Assembly: GCA_963767925.1 (NCBI GenBank)
Contig: CAVYGB010000008.1
Span: 3,104,001 to 3,168,000, forward strand
DNA from: an uncultured delta proteobacterium
Lineage (GTDB): Bacteria; Myxococcota_A; Polyangia; Fen-1088
Direction of reading: 5' to 3'
DNA length: 64,000 bases
Both the position numbers and the translations under genes were made by a program. The notes beneath the pieces were generated by a model. The model made no database searches. It was not told the DNA's origin and saw only the letters and a list, made by a program, of their open reading frames with translations. This document shows, one piece after another, positions 1 through 9,846 of the stretch (the first letter of the stretch is position 1; each line of letters opens with the position of its first letter).

Positions 1-2
1 AG

Positions 3-655
<653 letters not shown>

Positions 656-680
<25 letters not shown>

Positions 681-1327
681 ATCACCCAGATCGAGATCGC
701 CTGACGCCCCGGGAACACCGCCCGCCGGCCGGCCCCCAGATCGCGGCGCGGCCCCCGCACCAGCGCGCTGTGCGACAGCTCGAGGGCGAGGTCCATCTCG
801 GGCAAGAGCTTGCGGGCGACACCCAGGGAGGCCCGCACCGCCAGGCGCGTGCCCTGGACAGGCGGGGCATCACCGGCGTCCGGGGCGAGCTGCTCGGCCA
901 GGCCGAAGCCCACCCCCAGGCCGACCTGGGGCCGCCAGACGCCTAGCGGCATGGCCAGCGTCTGCAGGGCCAGGAAGTCGCCGTGGCGCACGTAGGCCTT
1001 GCGCAGGCAGCTCGACGCGCTGGTACCGACGACGTCCAGCCAGGCGGCGCACTTGGAGTACCGCTGGTGGCTGAAGTGGAACCCCGTCCCCAGCTCGAAC
1101 CGGTCGCCCAGGGTGAGGTACCGGTAGGAGAAGGCCGCCTGCAGCGTGACGCCGAGCGCCCGCGGCAGAGGATCGGTCGCGCCCCCGAAGCGCCAGGCCG
1201 GGCCCACGGCCAGGCCCAGGCGGAAGGCCGGCCCGGCGACGACCGGGGCCTCCCCCTCCGCGCTCGGCGGAGGGGCGGGCTCGGCTTGCGCGAGGACCAG
1301 CAGACTGGCGAGGTTCAGCAGGAGCAT
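656..1327 (-). CDS. Secreted protein, probable small outer-membrane beta-barrel
   Basis: Signal peptide (MLLLNLASLLVLAQA) and alternating amphipathic strands; directly downstream of bamA. Alternative start GTG 1333. Confidence 0.6.
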
Positions 1328-1345
1328 GGCCACGAGACCCGGTCA

Positions 1346-3862
1346 TCAGAGGTCGTTGCCAATGTTGAACTGGAAGTCGTAGCTGCGCTCGCCGTACTGA
1401 TACAGCGGCTTGAAGGGGAAGCCCCACTCGAAGCGGAGCGGCCCGATCGGCGAGAACCAGCGGAACCCGAAGCCCCAGCTCGTGCGCAGGCTGCTGAGGT
1501 CTTCCCAGGGCCGCACGCAGGGGTCGAAGGAGACGTGGGGATCGGCCGGCCGGAGCTGGCAATATTGATCCTCGAGGTTGTAGGCGTTGCCCGCGTCGGT
1601 GAAGAGCACCGCCCGGATGCCGACCCGCTCGATGAGGGGGAACTCGATCTCCGCCCGCCCGATGAGCTGCAAGTTGCCGCCGATCTGGTTGACCTCGAGG
1701 ATCGAGTCGGGGACCTGCTCGGCCGGGGCGCGGATGCGGGGCCCCAGGCTGTAGGGCGGGAAGCCCCGGACGTCGTAGCTGCCGCCCAGGAAGTAGCGCT
1801 CGAAGATCGGCACGCCCTGCGGGTCGCGGGAGGTGATGAGCCCGACCTGGGCCCGCAGGCGCAGGACGAAGGGACCCCACAGGGGGTAAAAGTAGCGGGT
1901 GGTGGCGTCGTAGCGGTTGTAGGTGGTCTGCGAGCCGAAGATCCGCTCGGCGAACTCGGCGGCGGCGTCGTTGTACCAGCCGCTGGTCGGGAAGAGGCGG
2001 TTGTCCCGCGAGTCGAAGGCCAGCGACAGCCGGAACGACGAGCTGAGCCCGGGGCGGAGCAGGTTGGCCAGGGTCCCCGGGGGGAAGGGGGTGCGCTGCC
2101 CACCGGCCAGGAACCCGGTGCGGGTGCTGGTGGAGACCCCCACGTCCTCGAGCTGGTAGCGCAGGTAAAGGTGGAGGTTGTCGACCAGCATGTAGCCCCA
2201 GGTGAGGCTGCCGCCCTTCGAGGTGCGGTTGAAGGACGGGTAATACTGGAACTGGTTGTAGAGGTTGAAGCCGAAGGTCCAGTTGGTATCGAGGAAATAG
2301 GGCTCGTCGAAGGAGAGCAGGAAGATCTGCCGGATGCCCGACAACATGGCCTGCAGCGACAGGGCCTGGCCCCGGCCGAACAGGTTGTTCTGGGAGATCT
2401 GGGCCTGGAAGATGAAGTTCTCCGCCGAGGAGAAGCCGGCCCCGATCTGGAAGGCGCCGGTCTGGCGCTCGGTGACCTCGACGTTCACCTCCATCTTGTC
2501 GTCGCTGTCGCCCCGCTTCTCCGAGACGTCGACCCGCTCGAAGAAGCCCAGGGCGTTGACCCGGCGCTTGGACAGCTCGAGGCGCGTGCTGTTGTAGGGC
2601 TCGCCCTCGACCACCCGCATCTCCCGGCGGATGACCTTGTCCCGGGTGCGGGTGTTGCCGCGGATGTTGATGCGGTCGAAGCTGACCTCGCTGCCCCGCT
2701 GGATCTCGAAGGTGACGTCCACCAGGCGCTTGGTCTCGTCGACCGCGGTCTGGGGGATGATGTTGACGTAGGCGAAGCCCTTGTCCTTGTACTGCTCGGT
2801 CAGCTCCTGGATGTCCTGGCCCAGCTTGGAGCGGCTGAAGGTGTCGCCGCCCTTGGCCCGCAGGCGCTCCCGGATCCGGGCTTCGTCCTCGAGCAGCTCG
2901 CCCTTGAACTCGATCTTCCCCAGCGTGTAGGCGGCCCCCTCCTCGATGGGGATGGTGATGTAGAGCGAGCGCTTGTCGGGCGACAGCTCGAAGCGGGGGT
3001 CGTGGATCTTGACGTATATGTAGCCCCGGTCCTGGTAGTAGGACTGCAGCAGCAACATGTCGCGCTGAAAGACGTCCTCCCGGTAGGTGCCGGCCGAGGT
3101 GACGAACGACAGCAGGTCGGTCTCCTGGGTCAACATCACCGAGCGCAGGTCGCGGTCGGAGGCGGCCTTGTTCCCCACGAAGTTGACCCGCCGGACCTCC
3201 ACCTTGGCGTTCTCCCGGACCCGGAAGGTGACGTCGACCTCGGAGGCGCCGATGCGCTTGAGCTCGTGGGTGACGTCGGCCATGTAGAAGCCGCGCTGCA
3301 AGTACAGCTCGCGGATCTTCTCCATGTTCTTCTTGATCTTGGCGAGGTCGAGGATCTGCTCCTTCTTGATGTCGAGGACCTCGTTGATCTTCGTGAGCCC
3401 GACCTCATCGTGGCCCGAGACGTAGATCTTCCGGATCGACGGCTTCTCCTTGAGCACGAAGACGACGACCACCCCGCCCGGCTCGCTGTTGGCCTCGACC
3501 TGCACGTCCTCGAAGAACCCCATGCGCCAGATGGCGCGCACGTCCTCGCGCAGCAGGTCCTGGGTCAGCGAGGCGCCCGGCACCGTGCGCAGGTTGACCC
3601 GCAGGGCATCGTCCTCGACCTTGCGGTTGCCCCGGAAGGCGATCCGCTTGACCTCCAGGGAGAGGACGTCGGCCGGGACCTGGGGGTCACCGGGGGCGGC
3701 TCCGGGGGCCGGTCCCGCGTCGCCGCCGGCGTCGGGGGGCGCGCCCGCGTCGGGGGTAGCCTGGGCCTGGGCGCGCGCGGGCCACAGCGCCAGCACGAGC
3801 AGCAGCACCGGGAGGGGCCGGGAGGAGCGAACGAGGGTCAGGGGTCCTGGCACTGGAGGCAT
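1346..3862 (-). CDS. bamA: Outer membrane protein assembly factor BamA
   Basis: Signal peptide, POTRA repeats (GNRKV, GNTRTRDKVIRRE), VRGF motif, and C-terminal GFGFRWFSPIGPLRFEWG...FQFNIG. Confidence 0.96.
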   Translation of the reverse strand: MPPVPGPLTLVRSSRPLPVLLLVLALWPARAQAQATPDAGAPPDAGGDAGPAPGAAPGDPQVPADVLSLEVKRIAFRGNRKVEDDALRVNLRTVPGASLTQDLLREDVRAIWRMGFFEDVQVEANSEPGGVVVVFVLKEKPSIRKIYVSGHDEVGLTKINEVLDIKKEQILDLAKIKKNMEKIRELYLQRGFYMADVTHELKRIGASEVDVTFRVRENAKVEVRRVNFVGNKAASDRDLRSVMLTQETDLLSFVTSAGTYREDVFQRDMLLLQSYYQDRGYIYVKIHDPRFELSPDKRSLYITIPIEEGAAYTLGKIEFKGELLEDEARIRERLRAKGGDTFSRSKLGQDIQELTEQYKDKGFAYVNIIPQTAVDETKRLVDVTFEIQRGSEVSFDRINIRGNTRTRDKVIRREMRVVEGEPYNSTRLELSKRRVNALGFFERVDVSEKRGDSDDKMEVNVEVTERQTGAFQIGAGFSSAENFIFQAQISQNNLFGRGQALSLQAMLSGIRQIFLLSFDEPYFLDTNWTFGFNLYNQFQYYPSFNRTSKGGSLTWGYMLVDNLHLYLRYQLEDVGVSTSTRTGFLAGGQRTPFPPGTLANLLRPGLSSSFRLSLAFDSRDNRLFPTSGWYNDAAAEFAERIFGSQTTYNRYDATTRYFYPLWGPFVLRLRAQVGLITSRDPQGVPIFERYFLGGSYDVRGFPPYSLGPRIRAPAEQVPDSILEVNQIGGNLQLIGRAEIEFPLIERVGIRAVLFTDAGNAYNLEDQYCQLRPADPHVSFDPCVRPWEDLSSLRTSWGFGFRWFSPIGPLRFEWGFPFKPLYQYGERSYDFQFNIGNDL

Positions 3863-3927
3863 CGTCAACGCTTTTTCAGCTTAAGTCCTTCAGCGAACGC
3901 CTCTCGCGAACGCCTGCAGCGAAGCCC

Positions 3928-4674
3928 TCAGCGATCCTCCCCGATCAGGCCGTCGACCATGCGCACCCGCCGCATCGTCTGGGCGGCGAGCTCGTCGTTG
4001 TGGGTCACCAGGAGGACGGTCATGCCCAGCTCGCGGTTGAGCTCGAAGAATAACTCGTGCATCTCCCGGCTGGTCTTCGTATCGAGGTTGCCGGTGGGCT
4101 CGTCCCCCAGGAGGAGGCGGGGGGCCAGCAAGAGGGCCCGGGCCAGGGCCACCCGCTGCTGCTCGCCGCCCGACAGCTCGCCCGGCCGGTGGTGCAGCCG
4201 CTCCTTCAAGCCGACCCGCACCAGCAGGGCCTCCGCCCGGCCGCTGCAGTCCCGGCGGGCCAGGCGGTTGATGAGGCCTGGCATCATGACGTTCTCGAGG
4301 GCGGTGAACTCGGGGAGCAGGTGGTGGAACTGGAACACGAATCCGATGTTCCGGTTGCGAAAATCGGCCAGCCGGTTGGGGCTGAGGCTGGTCACGTCCC
4401 CGCCGTCGAACATGACCCGCCCGGCGCTGGGGGCGTCAAGGGTCCCGACGATGTGCAGGAGGGTCGACTTGCCGACCCCCGAAGCCCCCACCACCGCCAC
4501 CACCTCCCCGGGCCGGAGCTCGAGGTTGATCCCCTTCAAGACGCCGAGGGTGCGCCCGCCGTGCTCGAAGACCTTGGTCACGCCCTCGACCTGCAGATGA
4601 ACGCCTCCCGGGGCCATCGCCGCAGCGGCGGAAGGCGCGGTAGAATCGGCGAGCGGGCTCATCGGGTCTGGCAC
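3928..4674 (-). CDS. lolD: LolD-type ABC ATPase (lipoprotein release)
   Basis: GASGVGKST Walker [28 protein letters not shown] and DEPTGNLD; upstream of bamA. Start may be ATG 4662. Confidence 0.85.
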   Translation of the reverse strand: MPDPMSPLADSTAPSAAAAMAPGGVHLQVEGVTKVFEHGGRTLGVLKGINLELRPGEVVAVVGASGVGKSTLLHIVGTLDAPSAGRVMFDGGDVTSLSPNRLADFRNRNIGFVFQFHHLLPEFTALENVMMPGLINRLARRDCSGRAEALLVRVGLKERLHHRPGELSGGEQQRVALARALLLAPRLLLGDEPTGNLDTKTSREMHELFFELNRELGMTVLLVTHNDELAAQTMRRVRMVDGLIGEDR

Positions 4675-5031
4675 CGTAGCCGCCGGTTTACCTTAAGTCA
4701 ACGCAGCCCGGAAGGAGTCGGGTGCGCGTGGTCATGGGGGGCGCGAGCCAGCCGCGGACGGGTCGCGCAGCCGACGGTGCGGTCCCGCTCATTGCCCCGG
4801 ATGAACCCCGAAGCGCGTGGGCTCCGGCGGGACGGTGAAGGTAGCGAACGGAACGCCGAGGTAGGTAGGCGGCAGGTGGTCTCGCCGCACATCGTCGACG
4901 GCCAGCGGTCCACCCGCCCCCGGTCGCGCAGCACGATTCCTCGTCGGGGGCCTCCGGGCGCCCGGCGGGGTAGAAAAGGGCGGTGAACACCGCCCTTCCG
5001 CGAGGGAGGGGCGGGTGGTATCCCTTGCGCC

Positions 5032-5619
5032 ATGCCGGTCCGCGCCGGGGTCAAGCCCCGACCCGCCAAACCACCTCCTCCGGTCGAGAGCGAGGAGCTG
5101 AACCAGGCGCGTGACCTGGGCATCGACACCTGCGGCCGCATCGCCGAGTTCTGGGGGTTCACCCGAACCATGGGGCGGGCCTTCGGGCTGCTCTACCTGT
5201 CTCCCGACCCGATCACCCAGCTCGAGATCCAGAAGCGGCTGGGCATCTCCGCGGGCAGCGCCTCGATGACCCTGGCGGGCCTCATCCGCTGGGGCGTGGC
5301 CCACAAGGTCTGGGTGCGGGGGCAGCGGCGGGAGCACTACCGGGCCGAGACCGACTTCTGGAAGATGATCTCCGGCGTCCTCAACGAGCGGGAGCGGCGC
5401 GAGATCGGCGCCGCCCTCGACCTGGTCACCCGGGCCGAGGGGCGGGCCCGGACGGCGCGCCGAAACGCTCCCGCAACCTTGCGGCCAAACATCGATTTTA
5501 CCCTGCAGCGCCTGGAACGCCTGCACGAGCTTTACCGGATGGGCGAGACCATGCTCGACATGTTGCTCGGCCACCTCAAGCTCGACGTGGGCCGGTTCCG
5601 CGCGGTAATGAAGGCCTAG
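5032..5619 (+). CDS. GbsR/MarR-family transcriptional regulator
   Basis: GRIAEFWGFTRTMGRAFGLLYLS...EIQKRLGISAGSASMTL...WG...G.RREHYRAETDFW is the typical GbsR winged-HTH pattern. Confidence 0.85.
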   Translation: MPVRAGVKPRPAKPPPPVESEELNQARDLGIDTCGRIAEFWGFTRTMGRAFGLLYLSPDPITQLEIQKRLGISAGSASMTLAGLIRWGVAHKVWVRGQRREHYRAETDFWKMISGVLNERERREIGAALDLVTRAEGRARTARRNAPATLRPNIDFTLQRLERLHELYRMGETMLDMLLGHLKLDVGRFRAVMKA

Positions 5620-5660
5620 GAGTCGGGGAATGGCCAGGATCGACGCGAGGGTTGCGTTCG

Positions 5661-5686
5661 TTCAATTCTTTTTGAATATTTCAAAA
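5661..5686. promoter_or_regulatory. AT-rich candidate operator upstream of the menaquinone operon
   Basis: TTCAATTCTTTTTGAATATTTCAAAA contains TTCAA-N6-TTGAA (5661-5676) overlapping TTTTGAA-N3-TTCAAAA (5670-5686), in a GC-rich background. Confidence 0.6.
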
Positions 5687-5769
5687 GTCAGATGGCGCCC
5701 CCCCTCTCCCCCGCTGGCCCCTCGGCCCCCCTTTCGGTCCCCCCACCCGTCGCCGGGGGGAGGCCGGGC

Positions 5770-6732
5770 GTGAGCGACGACCGGCTGTTCGACCTGGTCT
5801 CCGCCGACATGCAGAAGGTGGAGGCGCTGCTCCGCGAGCGCATGCACAGCGCGATCGGCACCATCCCCGACGTGGGCGCCCACCTGCTGCTGGCCGGGGG
5901 CAAGCGGCTGCGCCCGCTGATCGCCGCCCTGGCCGGGCGGGCCACCGGCGCCGACCCCGCCCTGGCGCTGGCGGTCGGCTGCGCGGCCGAGCTCATCCAC
6001 ACCGCCACCCTGTACCACGACGACGTGGTCGACGACGGCCGCGTGCGCCGGGGCCGGCCCGCCGCCCGCATGGTGTTCGGCAACGGCATCGTCGTGCTGG
6101 TGGGCGACTTCTGTCTGGCGCGCGCGCTCGAGACGGTGGCCCTGACCGGGTCGCTGCCGCTCGTGCAGTCGCTCGCCGCCACCGTGACCGAGATGGCCGA
6201 GGGCGAGGTGGCCCAGCTCGAGCGGGCGGGCAACGCCGAGGTCACGACCGCCGAATACTTCGACGTCATCGATCGCAAGACCGCCTCCCTCATCGCCTGG
6301 TGCGCCCGGGTGGGCGGGGCCGCTCCACCACCGGCCGACGCCGCCCTGGCCCGCTTCGGCCGGGCGGTGGGGCGAGCCTTCCAGATCGCCGACGACATCC
6401 TCGACTGCGCGGGGGCCGAGTCGGTCACCGGCAAGTCGGTGGGCCACGATCTGAAGGAAGGCAAGCTGACCCTGCCGGTGCTGCTGGCCTGCGAGATCGA
6501 CCCCGGCGTGCGGGCCCGGCTGCGACGGGAGCTCGGCGAGGGCGGCCTCTCGGACGCCTCCACCCGGGAGCTCCTCGAGCTGGTCCGGCGGGTGGGCGGC
6601 GTCGATCGAGCGCGGGCCCGGGCCCACAGCATCGCCGCCGAGGCCATCGCCGAGCTGCAGGTGCTGCCCGAGTCGCGGCACCGCGAGGGGCTGGCCGATC
6701 TGGCCCGCCTCTCGGTGGAGCGGGTCTCCTGA
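5770..6732 (+). CDS. Polyprenyl diphosphate synthase (IspB/HepT family)
   Basis: GGKRLRP, DDVVD, KTA, FQIADDILD and GKLTLP motifs. GTG start after a GGGAGG RBS; alternative start ATG 5692. Confidence 0.92.
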   Translation: MSDDRLFDLVSADMQKVEALLRERMHSAIGTIPDVGAHLLLAGGKRLRPLIAALAGRATGADPALALAVGCAAELIHTATLYHDDVVDDGRVRRGRPAARMVFGNGIVVLVGDFCLARALETVALTGSLPLVQSLAATVTEMAEGEVAQLERAGNAEVTTAEYFDVIDRKTASLIAWCARVGGAAPPPADAALARFGRAVGRAFQIADDILDCAGAESVTGKSVGHDLKEGKLTLPVLLACEIDPGVRARLRRELGEGGLSDASTRELLELVRRVGGVDRARARAHSIAAEAIAELQVLPESRHREGLADLARLSVERVS

Positions 6733-7427
6733 TGGGCGCCGGGACCGACGTCCGCGGCATGTTCGACCGGATCGCCGGCCGCTACGACGCCGCCAACCGG
6801 GTGATGTCGGCGGGCATCGACGTGATCTGGCGGCGGCGGGCCATGGCCGCCCTGCTGGCCGACCTGCCCGCCGGGGCGCGGGTGCTCGACCTCGGCGCGG
6901 GCACTCTGGACGGCGCGCTGGAGATCGTCCGGCGGCGGCCGGACCTGCAGGTTGTCGGCGCCGACTTCGCCCGTCAGATGCTGGCGGTGGGCCGGCGCAA
7001 GCTGGCCGGCCACCCTCCCGGACGCATCGTGGCCCACGCCGCCGACGGGCACCACCTCCCCTACGTGGCGGGCGCCTTCTCCGCGGCCTTCTCCGGCTTC
7101 TGCGTGCGCAACCTGGCCGATCTGCCGGTGGCCCTGGCAGAGCTGCGGCGGGTGGTGCAGCCGGGAGGTCCGGTCGTCATCCTCGAGTTCTTCCGGCCGC
7201 TGCGGACCCGCTTGTTCTTCGACCGGCTGTACAACGCCCACGTCTTGCCCCTGCTGGGCTGGGCGGTCACCGGCGACCGCGAGGCCTACCGCTACCTGCC
7301 CCGCTCGATCGAAGCCTTCCGCTCGCGGGTCGAGTTCGAGGAGGCCCTCCGCCAGGCCGGCTTTCCCCAGGTGCAGGGGCAGGACCTGTTTCCCGGCGGG
7401 GTGGCCTCGCTGGTGGTGGCCCGATGA
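6732..7427 (+). CDS. menG: Demethylmenaquinone methyltransferase UbiE/MenG
   Basis: MFDRIAGRYDAANRVMSAGID..WRR, VLDLGAGT, ILEF and AYRYLPRSI; ATG overlaps the upstream TGA. Confidence 0.9.
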   Translation: MGAGTDVRGMFDRIAGRYDAANRVMSAGIDVIWRRRAMAALLADLPAGARVLDLGAGTLDGALEIVRRRPDLQVVGADFARQMLAVGRRKLAGHPPGRIVAHAADGHHLPYVAGAFSAAFSGFCVRNLADLPVALAELRRVVQPGGPVVILEFFRPLRTRLFFDRLYNAHVLPLLGWAVTGDREAYRYLPRSIEAFRSRVEFEEALRQAGFPQVQGQDLFPGGVASLVVAR

Positions 7428-7990
7428 AGCTTGTCGTGGCGGTCGGCGGCGCCTCGGGCTCGGTCTACGCCAAGCGCCTGCTCGACGCGCTGGCCGCCCG
7501 CCCCGCCAGCGCCGAGCTGGAGGTCGGCCTGTGTTTCTCCCGCTCGGGCGAGGAGGTCTGGCGCCACGAGATCGGGCAGCCGGCCCAGTACCCCTTTCGC
7601 CGCTACCCCCTCGACGACTTCCGGGCGCCCTTCGCCTCGGGCTCGGCCGGCTGGGACGCCATGGTGGTCATCCCCTGCTCGACCGGGGGCCTGGCCCGCA
7701 TCGCCCACGGGGTGTCCGACGACCTCATCGGCCGGGCCGCCGACGTCATGCTGAAGGAGCGGCGCCGGCTGGTGCTGGTGGTGCGCGAGACGCCGCTGTC
7801 GCTGATTCATCTCGAGAACATGCTGGCCGTCACCCGGGCCGGCGCGGTGGTGCTGCCGGCCTCGCCCTCCTTCTATTCCAACCCCACCACCCTGGAGGCG
7901 CTGCTCGACACGGTTGTCGGCCGGGTCTTCGATCAGCTCGGGATCGCCAACCAGCTCATGCCCCGCTGGGGAGAAGGACGCCCGTCATGA
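7424..7990 (+). CDS. ubiX: Flavin prenyltransferase UbiX
   Basis: GGASGS, APFASGS, PCS, RAADVMLKERRRLVLVVRETPL and PSFYSNP. Confidence 0.93.
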   Translation: MKLVVAVGGASGSVYAKRLLDALAARPASAELEVGLCFSRSGEEVWRHEIGQPAQYPFRRYPLDDFRAPFASGSAGWDAMVVIPCSTGGLARIAHGVSDDLIGRAADVMLKERRRLVLVVRETPLSLIHLENMLAVTRAGAVVLPASPSFYSNPTTLEALLDTVVGRVFDQLGIANQLMPRWGEGRPS

Positions 7991-8700
7991 TGCAGGCCCA
8001 GCCCCCCGGCGAGGCCGGTCGGCCCGACCCCGCCTCCGACCTGTTCGTCCTGGGCCGTCGGGCCGCCGCCGCCGCCCGGGCCGCCAGCGGCGGGCGGGGG
8101 GTCTTCTCGCGCTGCCGGCAGCTCCTGGCCACCGGCGCCTGGAAGGGCCCCCGCGACGCCGCCCTGGCCTACGTCGAGGAGGAGGACGCCGCCGCCCTCG
8201 GCGGACTGCCCGCCGTGCTGGAAGCGGGGGCCCGCCTGTACCTCGCGCGCACCCCGGGGGCCGCTCAGGAAGCGGCGGCCGCCGGGCTCACCGTCTCTTA
8301 CCGCCTGACCTACCGTGGCGGCGAGCGCGAGCCGGCCCGCCGCCAGCAGCGGGCCGCGCTGGCCGGTCTCGCGCTGGCGGGCGTGATCCCTACCCCCCAG
8401 GGGGAGCCGGGGGGCCTCGATACCCTGCGCCTGATGGCGCTCTGCCGCCTCGAGCTGCCCGAGCAGACCCGGGTTGTCGCCGACTTCGACCGCCTTGGGC
8501 ACCGGCTGGCCCAGATGAGCCTGGGGTTCGGGGCCGACGAGCTGTTCGGCCCCATACTGCCGGAGCGGGCCCTGCGCCTCGGGGCCAACGCCCACAGCAC
8601 CGTCATGACCCGCAAGGAGGCGGCCACCCTCCTGCGCGGCGCGGGGCTCTCGCCCTGCGAACGCCTCTCCGATGGCCGCCTCGAGGAGGTGCCCGAATGA
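7987..8700 (+). CDS. Degenerate CofH/MqnC/MqnE-family protein lacking the radical-SAM CxxxCxxC motif (237 aa)
   Basis: Overlaps ubiX and mqnE through ATGA junctions. Colinear by eye with the adjacent MqnE at both ends (e.g. LGHRLAQMSLGFGADELFG vs LGVKTAQTALWFGADDLDG); no CxxxCxxC. Confidence 0.75.
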   Translation: MMQAQPPGEAGRPDPASDLFVLGRRAAAAARAASGGRGVFSRCRQLLATGAWKGPRDAALAYVEEEDAAALGGLPAVLEAGARLYLARTPGAAQEAAAAGLTVSYRLTYRGGEREPARRQQRAALAGLALAGVIPTPQGEPGGLDTLRLMALCRLELPEQTRVVADFDRLGHRLAQMSLGFGADELFGPILPERALRLGANAHSTVMTRKEAATLLRGAGLSPCERLSDGRLEEVPE

Positions 8701-9846
8701 GCCAGCTCGGCGCAATCCGCAACAAGGTCGAGGCCGGCGAGCCCCTGTCGTTCGAGGACGGGGTGGCGCTGTTCCGCCACCCCAACGTCATGGAGGTGGG
8801 CTCCCTGGCCAACCGCGTGCGCGAGCGGCTGCACGGCGACCGCACCTACTTCAATCGCAACTTCCACATCAACGCGACGAACGTCTGCGTGGCGAGCTGC
8901 CGCTTCTGCTCGTTCGCCCGGCTCAAGGAGGGGGACCAGGGGGCCTACACCATGCCCCTCGAGGAGGCCTGGGGGAAGCTGCAGTCCCGGGTGGACGCCG
9001 GCGAGCCGGTGACCGAGATCCACATCGTCAACGGCCTGCACGACGGGCTGCCCTTCGAGTACTACACCGATCTCCTGCGCCGGGCTGAAGCGCATCAAGC
9101 CCAGCATCCACCTCAAGGCCTTCACGGCGGTGGAGATCTTCTATTACCACCAGCGCTACGGCCTCAGCGTGGCCGAGGTGCTGTCCCGGCTGCGCGCGGC
9201 GGGGCTGGACTCCATCCCCGGTGGCGGCGCCGAGATCTTCGCCCCCCGGGTGCGCAAGAAGATCTGCGACGACAAGTGCACCGGCGACGAGTGGCTGGAC
9301 GTGCACCGCACCGCCCACCGCATGGGCCTGCGCTCGAACGCCACCATGCTCTACGGCACCATCGAGACGGTGGAGGAGCGGGTCGACCACATGTTGCGGC
9401 TGCGCGCGCTGCAGGAGGAGACCGGGGGCTTCCAGACCTTCATCCCCCTGGCCTTCCACCCCGACAACAACGCCCTCATGAAGCTGCCGGCCCCCACCGG
9501 CATCGAGGACCTCCGCACCTACGCGGTGGCCCGCCTGCTCCTGCACAACATCCCCCACCTCAAGGCCTACTGGATCATGCTGGGGGTCAAGACCGCCCAG
9601 ACCGCGCTCTGGTTCGGGGCCGACGACCTCGACGGCACCGTCCAGGAAGAGCGCATCTACCACATGGCCGGGGCCGAGACCCCCCAGACGCTGAGCCCCG
9701 ACGAGATCGTGCGCATCATCGTCAACGCCGGGCGGGTCCCGGTCGAGCGCGACACCCTGTACAACGTCATCGCCGAGGGCGACGCCCTGGTCTCCCGCAA
9801 GCCCTTCCGGCGCGCCGTCCACCGCTCCCTGGAGGTGCTGCCGTGA
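8697..9846 (+). CDS. mqnE: Aminofutalosine synthase MqnE (radical SAM), with one extra base near 9080
   Basis: HINATNVCVASCRFCSF, IHIVNG, SIPGGGAEIF, HLKAYW and GTVQEERIYHMAG. Removing one C at 9080-9081 gives a continuous 382-aa protein (..LLRGLKRIKPSIHLKAFTAVEI..). Confidence 0.88.

Noticed and set aside
983..4600. 1205-aa + strand ORF and many similar long ORFs (e.g. 27734-31069, 40380-43109, 45066-47630, 57823-60357)
   Set aside because: Antisense or off-frame shadows of real genes; stops are scarce in high-GC DNA and the proteins have no motifs.
4700..4970. ncRNA or small ORF in the lolD-regulator gap
   Set aside because: No recognisable RNA family motif, RBS-supported ORF or codon bias.
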